A program made the translations under genes and the position numbers. The notes below the pieces were generated by a model. It made no database searches, was not told where the DNA came from, and worked only from the letters and a program-made list of their open reading frames with translations. Below are positions 1 through 13,684 of a DNA stretch of 64,000 nt, in pieces (positions within the stretch are counted from its first letter, which is position 1; each line of letters opens with the position of its first letter). Source of the DNA: Octopus sinensis (Eukaryota); NCBI RefSeq assembly GCF_006345805.1, contig NC_043003.1:116994001-117058000 (forward strand), in the 5' to 3' direction.

Positions 1-308
1 TCCACTATCTGGACGCCCTTACTATATATATATATAATTAGTTTCAAATATATCCAGCTTACTCATTTCTCGAACAATTTTTGCTCTCCACCCTTTCTGA
101 TGTTGATATATTAATATACAGATTGTCACGTGTCCAAAAACATAAACTGTGCAATATAAACACAGACATGGCATTCGGTTTGTCTAAACCATATTCCATT
201 CCATTATCTGTGAATTAAGTGTTGTAAATTAAATTTATTCCCATACCTTCTACATAGCTGCTTCTCTCCTTCTGTCCACATATCTCTTTATGAATAGACA
301 TAATTTCA

Positions 309-351
<43 letters not shown>

Positions 352-856
352 TTGTGTATGTGTGTGTGCGTGTGTTTGTGTGCGTGTGTGTGTGTGTATG
401 TGTGTCCGTGTGTGTGTGAGTGTGTGTGCTTGTGTATACATACATATAAATATATATATGCATATATATATATATATACATATATATATATGTGTATATA
501 TTATATTCTATATCTAATATATATGATATATATATATTATCTATATATATATTATATACATATATACAATTCATCCTCTTCAAAATTTCCACTTTATATA
601 TTAGAGTATATGTGAATAGGTTTTGTATATATTATGTATGCATGTACATATGTAGATAGATAGAGATAGATATAAATAAATAGATAGACAGACAGACAGA
701 CATATATTTATATATATTCTAGTTAGCATATGTCATATATATATTATATATATATGTACATATATCTGTATACATATATATACATATATATATATATATA
801 TTATATATATAATAATAATTATATATATATATAATATATATATATAGACATATGTA

Positions 857-916
<60 letters not shown>

Positions 917-1543
917 TTACTAAAGCTTTTATTTTCATATTCTTATTCATTGAGAATAAAGAATCGTTTGTACTGACATATATTAGGTTTCCAGTCGTTT
1001 CTAATTTCCGTGCCAAATTGTTTTTGTGTGGTGTGAATTTCCTTCGAAAACTGATTTATTCACAAAAGAACAAATATACAAGGAATAATATTACTACATG
1101 CTTGTACTCACCTCAACTTACAGAGTTTAATTGCTATGATAAATAAAGAAAGAATTTATCTTCAATATGTTGCTTGTTATATGTGCAATTAACCATATGA
1201 TGGTATTCATACATATTCGACTTCAAACATTGTTTTAAAGTTCACTGTTACATGGAAAATTTATACGCAAAAATAATTTCATTTTCAACCATTTAGTAAT
1301 TTTTATCACTTCTCTCTCTCCACCTGCATCTCTATGCATATACATATGTATATGTATGTAAGTGTGTGTATAAATATATATGTATGCATACATACATAAA
1401 TACATATATATATATATATGTGTGGTGTCTGTTTGTATGTATCTATATGCATATACACATATATATATGTGTGTGTCTGTTTGTATGTATCTATATGCAT
1501 ATACACACACACATATATATAGCCTTGGAGATGGAATACAATA

Positions 1544-1602
<59 letters not shown>

Positions 1603-1878
1603 CATACATATATATATATATATATTATATTATATATATATATATATATAATATATATATTATATATATATTTTCATATATATATATATGATATATGATA
1701 TATATGCATTAATGAGTATGTGCCCAAATTGTGGTAATAGTTACAGGTAGAAAATAGTTTATCTTTATTTATGTATAGCAAGTTCAAGCCCAAATACTGC
1801 AAGAAGTATGCACACACATACGCATTCATACATACACATGCAAATATATATATGTATATATGTATATAAATTTAAAAT

Positions 1879-2190
1879 AATAAGGGCAAAATTTGGAATA
1901 TTAATTTGATTAATATCAATTTAAAACCAGTGGCGTAGCATATTGAAAAATCTGAAGATTCACAAAAATTATATTACATAAACAACTTGTAAATTAGGGC
2001 AAACGAAAATATTGGGTTTTGTGATAAATTATATGGTAATAGACAATATGTCCAATTTTCGGCAAATTTGGCAGTAGAAATTTTTTCGTTTGCCCTAATT
2101 TACAAGTTGTTTATAATTTTAACCGTTAAAGGTATTTTTTAATATGCTGGCCATTGATAGAATTTTTTTCGAAACAATTTTATCCTACAT
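1879..2190. mobile_element. Decayed relative of the 37253 family with 31-bp inverted arms (1979-2009 / 2083-2113)
   Basis: Shares its tail sequence with 37627-37750 and 50190-50255; ends at (TA)n. Confidence 0.55.
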
Positions 2191-2253
<63 letters not shown>

Positions 2254-2267
2254 ATATATATATATAG

Positions 2268-2315
<48 letters not shown>

Positions 2316-2468
2316 TTATATATATATATATATATATGTATGTATATATATAATTTCTTGATCACGTGACCGACCAGACCATCAGATGTTGTTACACATC
2401 GCTGGTCACAATGTGTTCGCATTGTTTTAGCCTTCGAATGACGCCACCCCGCTGGCTAAGCGAGCAGG

Positions 2469-2594
<126 letters not shown>

Positions 2595-2950
2595 GTGTGT
2601 GTGTGTTTATACATATACTTTGAGAACGCATGGCCTAATGTTTAGCGTGTTGAACTTACGATCGCGAGATTGAGGTTTCAATTCCTAGACCAGGTGGTGC
2701 GTTGTGTTCTTGTAGAAAACACTCCGTCTCATATTGCCCGACAGTGAGGCGCAATAAATACCACACCATTTGTCCACTTATTATTTTTCTTATAATTTTG
2801 GTTCATATCCTGCACTCCAGGCTATCCTGAGTTTAGTGTCTTGTGTCGTACTGCAGTGGGCACTGACTGGGGTACACTTTGGAACACGCTACTAAACCCG
2901 AGATGGCTTGCTTTTCGCACTTTACTGCATCCCACTTTATACACACACAC

Positions 2951-2995
<45 letters not shown>

Positions 2996-3752
2996 ATATA
3001 TATTATATATATATATATATATAGTCGCCATAATAGATCGTTAGCTACTACACACATTTTTTTTTCTCTCCTTGTGTCTCCTTGTTTTTTTCTGTGTTCC
3101 TTTCTGTAGAGAGCGTAGGCTCAAATGTAAAAAACTTCTTCTATTCCTGAGCGTTATTCTAATACATCTCTTTGTTTTGTACACCACCTGTCTTCGTCTT
3201 TTTTTTTTCGTAGACTCTTCCTATATACTCTTTTACTCTTTTACTGGTTTCAGTCATTTGACTGCGGCCATGCTGGAGCACCGCCTTTAGTCGAGCAAAT
3301 CGACCCCGGAAATTATTATTTGTAAGCCCAGTACTTATTCTATGGATCTCTTTTGCCGAACCGCTAAGTGACGGGGGTGTAAACACACCAGCATCGGTTG
3401 TCAAGCAATGCTAGGGGGACAAACACAGACACACAAACATATACACACACAAACATATACACACACATACATATATATATATATATACACATATATACGA
3501 TGGGCTTCTTTCAGTTTCCGTCTACCAAATCCACTCACAAGGCTTTGGTCGGCCCGAGGCTATAGTAGAAGACACTTGCCCAAGATGCCACGCAGTGGGA
3601 CTGAACCTGGAAGCATGTGGTTGGTAAGCAAGCTACTTTCCACACATCACTCCTGCGCCTATATATATATATATATATAATATATAGTGTGTGTGTGTGT
3701 GTGTGTGTGTGTCCTGTCTCTTTCTCTCTCTCTCTCTCTCTCTCTCCTCTCT

Positions 3753-3790
<38 letters not shown>

Positions 3791-4353
3791 GTATATATGA
3801 CACGTTCATTGAAGTTAAAATGATGCAGCGTTGAAGAGCCTAATAAACCATTCCAAGTATACGATGACTGATGACTTCCCTGCAGCCTTAGTGTTTCTCA
3901 TCTAAATTTTCGGCACACTACATTGCGAGCGGATCACTTACACTACCAACTATCTTTCTTTTAACAGTTTCCAGATCATTGTTAGCGAGGCGAAACTTTT
4001 AACACCAGATCATATATATGTTCAAGTGAAGTTAGCAGTCTTCGTGTTTTTATTTGGCTAATGTGTGCCTTCCACACGGTAATCACTATGTGTATATACA
4101 TATTCATACATACATATATGTATATATATATATATATGTGTGTGTGTGGTGTGTGGTGTGTGTATGTATTTATATTATATATAAGCTTATATATATATAT
4201 ACATATTTATATATATACATATTTATGTTATATATATATATTATGTATATATTATTATGTATATATATATATTATATATATATTATATATGTTATGTATA
4301 TATATATATTATGTATATATTATTATGTATATATATATTATGTATATATATAT

Positions 4354-4390
<37 letters not shown>

Positions 4391-4635
4391 CCTATATATG
4401 TATATACATGTATGTACACATATATATATATACCTGTATATACCTACATATATAGAGAGAGCTATATATATATATGTATATATATAAATATATATATATA
4501 TGCAAAAAGCAATAAAGATTCAAGTTAATTTAAATGAATTTACTTGAATATGGTGTATTAAAACTATAACTGTTTTAACAATACAGTAATGTGGGGTGAT
4601 TATAAGCGAGAAAGAAGCAACAAGAATGGATAGGT

Positions 4636-4723
4636 TTTTAGTACAATCGTTTCATACAAGGACAGGCTTTATTAAAAGTTGCAAAAATTACAGCATAAAC
4701 GTGTCCGTACTCATCAGCTAAAA
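4636..4723 (-). ncRNA. Type I hammerhead ribozyme
   Basis: Reverse-complement copy of the 6818-6908 motif: ttttag-CTGATGA-gtacggaca...tgtccttgtat-GAAAC-gatt-GTA-ctaaaa. Confidence 0.8.
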
Positions 4724-6817
4724 TACATGTGAGTTCTCTAGACATCCTAGTGGTTGAGGCTATACTCATGAAGTAATGTAGATAATTAAGTAACATAAAC
4801 AGATTTCCAAAGTTCAATTAAAGTTCTTTAAAGATGATGTACAGTCTTATCACAGAATTTTAAAAAAGTTTTAATAGCATCACAGAGAAGGTGACCTAAT
4901 CCATAGTGCACATATGGATTTCCAGAGATATGAGGAGGGATTACATACTCACAGACGACAAATTTATCCATTGTTAATCACAACGAGGTGGGTCTCAATT
5001 CCTGCTTATTAGCATTACAGAGAGGGTGAATTAATCCTTTGTATAGATGCACAATTTCCAATGGTTAGATGTAATTTCCAGAGAATGAAGAGGAATTTCA
5101 TATTCACAGGCGATAAATTTATCAATGGTTGAACACAATGAGGTAGGTATCAATTCTTGTTATATGATTAGGTGTTTGCCACATTAATCACATTACTGCT
5201 ATTTACAAGAGGCTGTAGCTATTTAACTTTTAAGGCTGAAGGGCTTTCTAGAGAGGCAAAGAAAACAGAAAAGGGAAGGGAAGAGAAGAAAATAGAGAAA
5301 TAAAGAGGAGGGAGCAAAAAGGGGGGGGGGGACTAAAAAGAGAAAAGAAAGGAAAAAGAGAATAAGAAGAAGAAAAAGAAAAAGAGAAAAGAGAAAGAAA
5401 TAGGGAAAGAAGGGAAAAAAAGAAAAAGAAAAAAAGAGGGTTCTAGTTATACAGAAGAATTAGTAGACGGCAAGTCTGGTTTTAATTTACAGGCATCTAG
5501 GAACTAGAGGAGAATATTAATCTTTGACCAGTAAACGCTAATTTATTGCTGTTGAAATCAGCTATGAATTTAAAGAGAATCTAAAGAGATAACACGGTCA
5601 GGGGTTTAGGGGTCAGAGGCTAAAATCAAAAGAAAATACATTAGGAAAATCTAGTATAATCTTATCAAAAAGTCATTAAAATTTATTTATTTAATTTATT
5701 CATTTTATTGTCTTAAGGAGTTGCCGTTATTATTCATACATTGACGGACTACAGGTCAAATATTAGAAGATCATTTACAAGGTGTTAGGGAATTGTCTAT
5801 CATAATGAAATAATCATATTATCACCGAGGGAGTAGCCTTATTTATTTAATTTTGAAATAGAATTATGGGGCTTTAGTAACTCATTTTATTTTATAATTT
5901 ATGCTACTTAAATTAGATTAAGTTACGAATTAAAATTAAAAATTACAATTAAGATTTAAAATTAAAATTTAAAATTATGAGTTTGAAATTAAATAAAGCC
6001 TCAATTAAGCAGCGTATAAGTACTATCATTCATTCCCTGTTCTCAAAAAACTGATGCAGATATAAGGAAAAAGATAACTGTAGTGTGAGAACTCTTAGTT
6101 ATCTACTTAAAGCAGTGCTATACTAGTAAAAATCAAGTTATATCTATCTATCTATCTAGTTACGAATATTCTAATCATTTAAAATATTTTAAAGTCTTCA
6201 ATTTAGCGTGGACACAAACTTGACCTAGTTCGATATGGTTATTCAATAAGTTCTATGTTTTCTATGCTTTAGAATTTCATACGTCTCTCTAGAAAGCCCT
6301 TCAGCCTTTAAAAGTTAAATAGCTACAGCCTCTTGTAAATAGCAGTAATGTGATTAATGTGGCAAATACCTAATTATAACAAGAATTGATACCTACCTCA
6401 TTGTGTTCAACCATTGATAAATTTATCGCCTGTGAATATGAAATTCCTCTTCTTTTTCTCTGGAAATTTACATCTACACCATTGGAAATTGTGCATCTAT
6501 ACAAAGATTAATTCACCCTCTCTGTAATGCTAATAAGCAGGAATTGAGACCCACCTCGTTGTGATTAACAATGGATAAATTTGTCGTCTGTGAGTATGTA
6601 ATCCCTCCTCATATCTCTGGAAATTCATATGTGCACTATGGATTAGGTCACCTTCTCTGTGATGCTATTAAAACTTTTTTAAAATTCTGTGATAAGACTG
6701 TACATCATCTTTAAAGAACTTTAATGAACTTTGGAAATCTGTTTATGTTACTTAATTATCTACATTACTTCATGAGTATAGCCTCAACCACTAGGATGTC
6801 TAGAGAACTCACATGTA

Positions 6818-6908
6818 TTTTAGCTGATGAGTACGGGACACGTTTATATGCTGTAATTTTTGCAACTTTTAATAAAGCCTGTCCTTGTATGAAACGATTG
6901 TACTAAAA
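6818..6908 (+). ncRNA. Type I hammerhead ribozyme (GUA cleavage after 6902)
   Basis: Stem I ttttag/ctaaaa; CTGATGA at 6824; stem II gtac-gggaca/tgtcct-t-gtat; GAAA at 6891; helix III AC-gatt-GT is self-complementary with G-U pairs. Confidence 0.82.
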
Positions 6909-7920
6909 ACCTATCCATTCTTGTTGCTTCTTTCTCGCTTATATATATATGCATATACTTATATACAAATAATGGTTGTAGTGCGTGTATATTTTATTTT
7001 ATTTTATCATTTTATTTTTTGTATTTTTGTCCTTTGTGTATCTCTGCGTGAGGTTGGCTGCGTTTGTGCGGTTAAAATAATGTATAAGATATACACAGAC
7101 GTTAAACGATGTAAAAACAAACCCGAATTGCAGATGATGATGGATAGTTAAATAGCGTGAATAGGTTCAAAACGAGGTCGACTACACACAAAAATACACA
7201 CACACACACATACACACACATACAAGCATATAAATACACATGCATACATGGACACACTTGCGTACGTTTATATTAACCCTGTGATTATTAATGCATGCCA
7301 TTGCTATGATAAATACATGCAGAAATATTTGAAGAAAAACGAACGCGTTGGAACAACAAAAACATGAAGAACGCAAAACAAGTAGCAAAATAAAAGAAGC
7401 GAAAGAGAAACAAGTAAAATAAAGTCTATAAAATAATATAAGTAGATGCATGATTCTCAAGATAGGTTTCACTTTCCGTCAAATAACGAAAGATTTTCTG
7501 CCAATCAGCAATTTCCTATCTCACAGAATAAATAGCTGTGCCAGTCTTTCAATAGTTAACATCAACGAACGAAAAGAATAAACTAATATATATTTAAAAC
7601 TCTATAAGAGGAGAGAAAATAAAACAGAAAGTAGAAAGATACAGTAAAAAAGATGGGAGAATAGCAGGTCTCAAGTCTAATAGAGGTATCAAATGAAGAA
7701 TCAAATTAGAGCCGACGTCGAGAGCAAGAATGGGATAAAAATAATATCGCATACTAGAAACAGCAGCAAACAGACGCACACACAAGACATATACATGCAT
7801 GCACACCAACAAACTTAACTACATATACACCTACTTACATACATACATACGTATTTAGATACACATATACATACATACGTGTGTTTGTGTGTCTAAACAC
7901 GCATACAGGTATACATACGT

Positions 7921-8334
7921 AGCTGGCAGAAACGTTAGCACGCCGGGCGAAATGCTTTGCGGTATTGCGTCTGCCGTTACGTTCTGAGTTCAAATTCCGC
8001 CGAGGTCGACTTTGCCTTTCATCCTTTGGGGGTCGATAAATTAAGTACCAGTTAAGCACTGGGGCCGATATAATCGACTTAATACCTATGTCTGTCCATG
8101 TTTGTCTCCTCTATGTTTAGCCCCTTGTGGGTAATAAAGAAATAGGTATTGCGTCTGCCGTTACGTTCTGAGTTCAAATTCCGCCGAGGTCGACTTTGCC
8201 TTTCATCCTTTCGGGGTCGATAAATTAAAGTACCAGTTACGCACTGGGGTCGATGTAATCGACTTAATGCCTATGTCTGTCCTTGTTTGTCCCCTCTATG
8301 TTTAGCCCCTTGTGGGTAATAAAGAAATAGGTAT
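7921..8334 (+). mobile_element. tRNA-derived SINE family A, head plus tandem second unit (period 184)
   Basis: agctggcagaaacgttagc...ctgagttcaaattcc (B-box)...gcctttcatccttt. Other copies: 11229-11447 +, 33310-33520 +, 43270-43615 -, 55125-55342 +, 59905-60290 +. Confidence 0.85.
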
Positions 8335-8351
8335 ACAGACATAGTCATTGT

Positions 8352-8422
8352 CGAGAGAGTCTTTTGGTTAGGATTCCGCATTCTTACCGTAGCCGTCGGG
8401 GGTTCGATTCCCCGCCTGGAAA
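8352..8422 (+). pseudogene. tRNA-Glu-like decayed tRNA or SINE head
   Basis: tggttaggattcc...ggttcgattccccg; the stems are imperfect. Confidence 0.35.
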
Positions 8423-9419
8423 GCAATTTTATAGACACTGGGATGTCTGTGTTTGAGATGTTATCTTACCAACCATGTCGTTATGGGTTCAATCGCACTC
8501 CGTGGTACCTTGGGTAAGTATTTACTAATACAGCCCCGTGCCGACAAATGTGTTTTGAGGAGGTTTGGTGGACGAAGCAAGAAGGAGCCCGTGGAACATA
8601 TACGTGTGTATCTATTTATATGTGTGTCTTTGTGTTCGTGGCGTGTTTCTTCCTCACCACCGCTTGACGGCCTTTATTGGTTTGCTAACACCCGATGTGA
8701 CTTAGCGGTTCATGAAAAGTTGTGGACGTATTATAGTCATTGTAATCGACGTACCCCCTCCTCTCAAAATTGGTTGCCTTCAACCCAGAAACTTGAGTTT
8801 GAGAAAATTGGTATATGTACATAATTATATACGATTGTGTGTGCGCGTGCGTGTGTGTTGTGTGTGTTGTGTGCGTGTGTTGTGTGTGTGTGTGTGTCTG
8901 TGTTTGTGTGTGTTATGTGTGTGTGCATGTACGTATGCATGTATTCGTTTATGTAGATACATAAATAAGAATATGCCTGTCTTTTGATCTCATGTTTTAA
9001 AAGGAGACAACGGCAAAATGTTGATAGAAATGAAAAATGAGTAGGAACGATAATGAAAATATTTAAGCGTTGGCCATTTTGAAATTTATTTCATAGATGG
9101 TCTTGTCATGTTTTCAATCTCATTTGAGCATTTCAAGAATTTTACTCTTTTAAATCCAACAGCTTATTGGTTGCCACAGACAATATTGCTTCCTGGTCTA
9201 AGTTTCTGATTTTTTTTTTCGAATATACTTATTGAATTTTGATAGAGTTATAATTGGGAACAGTTTTGTCGAAAGTTACTTATCAAAGAAACTGTGGCCA
9301 CATTACATAATATTAATGAGAATGGATGGCATTATTGTAAAATGTTTTGCCCAGTCCGAAATGAAACACTTCCCTTACTCAAACCAATTCTTGTTATATC
9401 CATCCATTTCCTACCTTAC

Positions 9420-9538
9420 TACTTATACTACTACTACTATTACAACCATCACCACTACTACTACCACCGCTACTACTACTACTTCTACTACTACTACTAC
9501 TACTACTATTACAAACACCACCACTACTACTACCACCG

Positions 9539-9569
<31 letters not shown>

Positions 9570-9756
9570 TACTACTACCACCACCACCACTACTACAACC
9601 GCCGCTACTACTACTACTACTACTACTACACCACCACTACTACTACCACCGCTACTACTACTACTACTACTACTTCTACTTCTACTAATACTACCACCAC
9701 TAATACTACCACCGCTACTACTTCTACTACTACTACCACCACTACTACTACCACCG

Positions 9757-9789
<33 letters not shown>

Positions 9790-9790
9790 T
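9420..9790. repeat. (TAC/CAC)n compound microsatellite
   Basis: Direct reading; source of the poly-T/poly-Y ORFs. Confidence 0.95.
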
Positions 9791-10471
9791 CTTTTCATTT
9801 TCCCTCTCTCCCTCCTCCTTCATTACCTCCCTCTATTTCTCGTCGCTCATCTTGTTCTTCACATTTTCAAATTCCATCTTTTAGCAATTTATTTCCAACG
9901 ATCTTCCAATGTCGTCCTTCATATTTCATTCATGATGTCCTTCCTATTTCTGTTCCCGCTATGCTTCTTGTTGATCATTACATCCTAGTTATCATTGCAT
10001 TCTTTTCCGCCTACTTTTAACGATTTCGATGTTTTGACTATTCTTCACGTTCTTGTTCTCTTGTCTATATTCGCTGTCATACTTTTCTATTCATTTCTAA
10101 TCGATGATTGTATAAATTGCAATTATGTAATGTCCTTCAACTTTTACTGTTCTGCTACTTCATATTTTTTGCATTACTTTCACCTGACTTTCATATTCTT
10201 AACTTTACCTTTTTCGCGTATTGTTGAAAGTAACGATTTACCGATAAACGTTGCTTATTTCAATTATTTACTTACTCACCATGATACGACTTTGGCAATT
10301 GGTATTAAACCGGATGTACTCAGTATATATATAGCTTTAAAAACATAAAACACTGCCGAGTAGTATGCATAATATTAAATAAATCAAACACTAGCTAGTT
10401 AATTAAAACTAAAGTATATCTGTTTTGTGTCTACAGCCCTTCTACAATAAAGTAAAACTCTGGAGACTTTA

Positions 10472-11022
10472 ATAAATCTCTGAACGAGATGTAAACAGCA
10501 ACCGCTCGACAACGTAAAGTATACTAGCCATCTCAATATGGCCAACCACTAAGGGTGGGTGTTACTGAAGCTTTTAGCCCCAGGAGATCATCGTCTCCAG
10601 CTGGCTTTAGCCACACTTTCTGTGCTCTTATGATATTCGCAAAGGGAGGCCATCCCTGTACGTTGTCGAGCGGTTGCTGTTTACATCTCGTTCAGAGATT
10701 TATTATTGCTTTCAGACTGTTTTTCGAAATCATTGACAGTGGTTGCTGGGAAAAAAATTAAATAGATATTCGCAAACAGGTCTCTCCTTATCGAAAACCG
10801 GTGATTACCGTACGTTGACGAGAGGCAAAAACCTCGAAACTATAGTCCGTGCGTATCACTTAGGTTTACGAGAGGGGATGACCTCCCTTTGCGAATATCA
10901 TAAGGGCACAGAAAGTGTGTCTAAAGCCAGCTGGAGACGATGATCTCCTGGGGCTAAAAGCTTCAGTAACACTCACCCTTAGTGGTTAGCCATATTGAGA
11001 TGGCTAGTATACATTACGTTGT
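10472..11022 (+). mobile_element. Retrozyme-like insertion: a 356-nt forward monomer plus an inverted, permuted part, with 12-bp TSD
   Basis: ctggagacttta occurs at 10460-10471 and 11023-11034. 10471-10516 = rc(10659-10704) and 10510-10656 = rc(10875-11022). Confidence 0.8.
10809..10853 (+). ncRNA. Type I hammerhead ribozyme with C3U core change (GUC after 10847)
   Basis: cgtacg-TTGACGA-gagg-caaaaa-cctc-GAAAC-tata-GTC-cgtgcg; palindromic ACTATAGT. Confidence 0.78.
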
Positions 11023-13017
11023 CTGGAGACTTTATTTACTATCAAATGTTTGTATTTTTCATGGAATGCAAAGTACAGTAGATAAAATCTGTATAGTCCC
11101 TAGTATTTGAGCTCTATTTTCTGTATTTTGTCTAAATATGTCATTCTTGCGATGTATTTATTTGCTGTGTATATATTTAGACTTGAAATTACTTATATAT
11201 TTGTCGGAATAATTTTTCATTATTCACAAGGCGGCGAGCACTCCGGGCGAAATGCTTAGCGGTATTTCGTCTGCCGCTACGTTCTGAGTTCAAATTTCGC
11301 CGAGGTTGACTTTGCCTTTCGTCCTTTTGGGGTCGATTAAATAAGTACCAGTTACGCACTGGGGTCGATATAATCGACTTAATTCGTTTGTCTGTCCTTG
11401 TTTGTCCTCTCTGTGTTTAGCCCCTTGTGGGTAGTAAAGAAAAAGGTATTTATTTTAGAGATTATACCTCTACTTACATATAGTTCCGACTATAAAACAG
11501 TATTCCGGTATACGGGGCAGAAAAATACAAAACTAATAACAAATCTGGTGGAATGTATATCGATCAGTGGATAGAGGTCACATTTGCATCGCAGTAAACA
11601 GGAATGTTTAATGAGAGCTCACCAGAGGTAAAAAAGACTCAGAGATGTCAATGTGGATTAATACGACCTAATAACTACTCCATCCCCCGAAGGGTACATG
11701 GCAATATTTCAGCTACGCTCTGTTGACGATATGAAACACTTGGTAGAGGACAAAAGATCCACTTGCCGCGCATGTAGCAAGAAGCCTTTTACATGGAGTA
11801 ACTGGCGGAAGAAACACAAGGCAATAAGCGAAAAATGAAAACAGCGATGACCACATTATGTAGGCAGCTTAGGAAATCCAATTTTCCAGCATCATTATGA
11901 TGCAAAACTGCATCGGCGAGGAACGAGAGAATGATAATGATTGAGGAGAAAATATTAAAAATTAAAGGTGAAATACGACAGGTAAAGGAAATCAGGTGAT
12001 GAGTATCAACGCCATTGAGACAAGCAGCGGATTTAAGAAACAAACGTTACCCACCTCCCTTTAGTGAGTTCAATGAGAAAGAGGTCAAGGAAATGAGATT
12101 GACCATCCTTAGAAGATCTAACCAAGATCACGTGCCTCTATAGCCAAAGTCTTTCCGATCGTCAATAGAAAAGAAAAAAAGTGGCAGCAGTGAAGTTAGA
12201 ATTCGAATATAAAATCAAGAGAAAAGTTATTTTTACTGGGTTTCATGTATTTGGGTGGCAACCATTTTAGAGCAGTATCTTGAAGGGTTAATAAAGGAAA
12301 TCAAACCTAGTATTTCGTTTGTTATAAGGTCCAGTAACAAAGATATCGGTTTATTTTGTGCAGGCTCGTAAGTTAGGTGACTGTAAACAAACGGACAACA
12401 GTTTTCAAGCGGTGGCGGCGGGACAAATACAAAAACACGCATTTAGATAGATAGAGAGAGAGAGAGACAGAGAGAGACAGACAGAAACAGACAGAGATAG
12501 ACAGACAGACAGACAGACCGATAGAGAGACAGACAGACAGACAGACAGAGATACGAGTGGCTTCCACTATTCGGCTCGGGATTATATAATAGAAGACAAT
12601 TGCCGCGCAGCGAGACTGAATATGAAACCACGTGATCGCAAATCGATTCACTAAATGATATTTATATGTGTGTGTTCGCCCGCGCGTGTGTATGCCTCTC
12701 TGTGTGTATATATGTATATGTGTATAATATATATATATATATATTATATATATATATATATACATACATACCTACATACATACATACATGCACACATACA
12801 TATACAAGTATGTATGTATATATGTAGAATTTTTTATTCTCTTCTTACGTCTGTTGTTTCCGGTTCTTGGGCAGTTGCCATGTTCGGAAGCTACCCTAAA
12901 GTACATGAAGCAGTCACGAGGAGCAGCTTAATTATTACATATTATTGGTTATTACATTGATCTCCGATCATCTCAGCACCGAAGTTGTACTTTTAAGGGA
13001 AAGGGACGCAAGATATA

Positions 13018-13053
<36 letters not shown>

Positions 13054-13086
13054 TGTATGTATGTATGTATGTATTTATGTATATAC

Positions 13087-13145
<59 letters not shown>

Positions 13146-13302
13146 TAGATATACGCTCATATATATACATATATATACATATATATACATACATATATAT
13201 ATTGACATATATATGTATATATATATATAATATATATACGTACATACACTTATATATATGTATGTGTATGTGTATATATATATATATATATATAATATAT
13301 AT

Positions 13303-13386
<84 letters not shown>

Positions 13387-13684
13387 CTTTTTATTGTAGC
13401 CACACAGGGCTAAACACAGAATAAAAATGGACGAAATACAATGTAGAATTTTTTTTCTTTTCGAGGTGGGATGGGTGGGGCAAAAAAAAAAAAAAAAAAA
13501 CGTTTGATCAATAGAGATCTGTGGGTTGTGTGGTGTATAAAAAAACACTATATATATATATATAAGGTTCACAGTTTAGGTGTAGCCTTGGAAAGAAAAA
13601 CCTACAAAAAAGACCAAGGTCACCTCAGACAGTTCGAAAAAGAACACATGAGTAAGTCGCCTTACTTCTCGTTGTCTCTTTTGG

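Larger units (their letters stand above)
4601..6943. mobile_element. Penelope-like/retrozyme-type element with about 655-bp inverted arms (4601-5255 / 6285-6943)
   Basis: The arms are near-identical reverse complements with a spacer of about 1030 bp. Each arm holds an HHR. The right end abuts (TA)n. Confidence 0.75.

Noticed and set aside
11480-12200. Possible ancient LINE coding remnant
   Set aside because: No diagnostic motif could be read with confidence.
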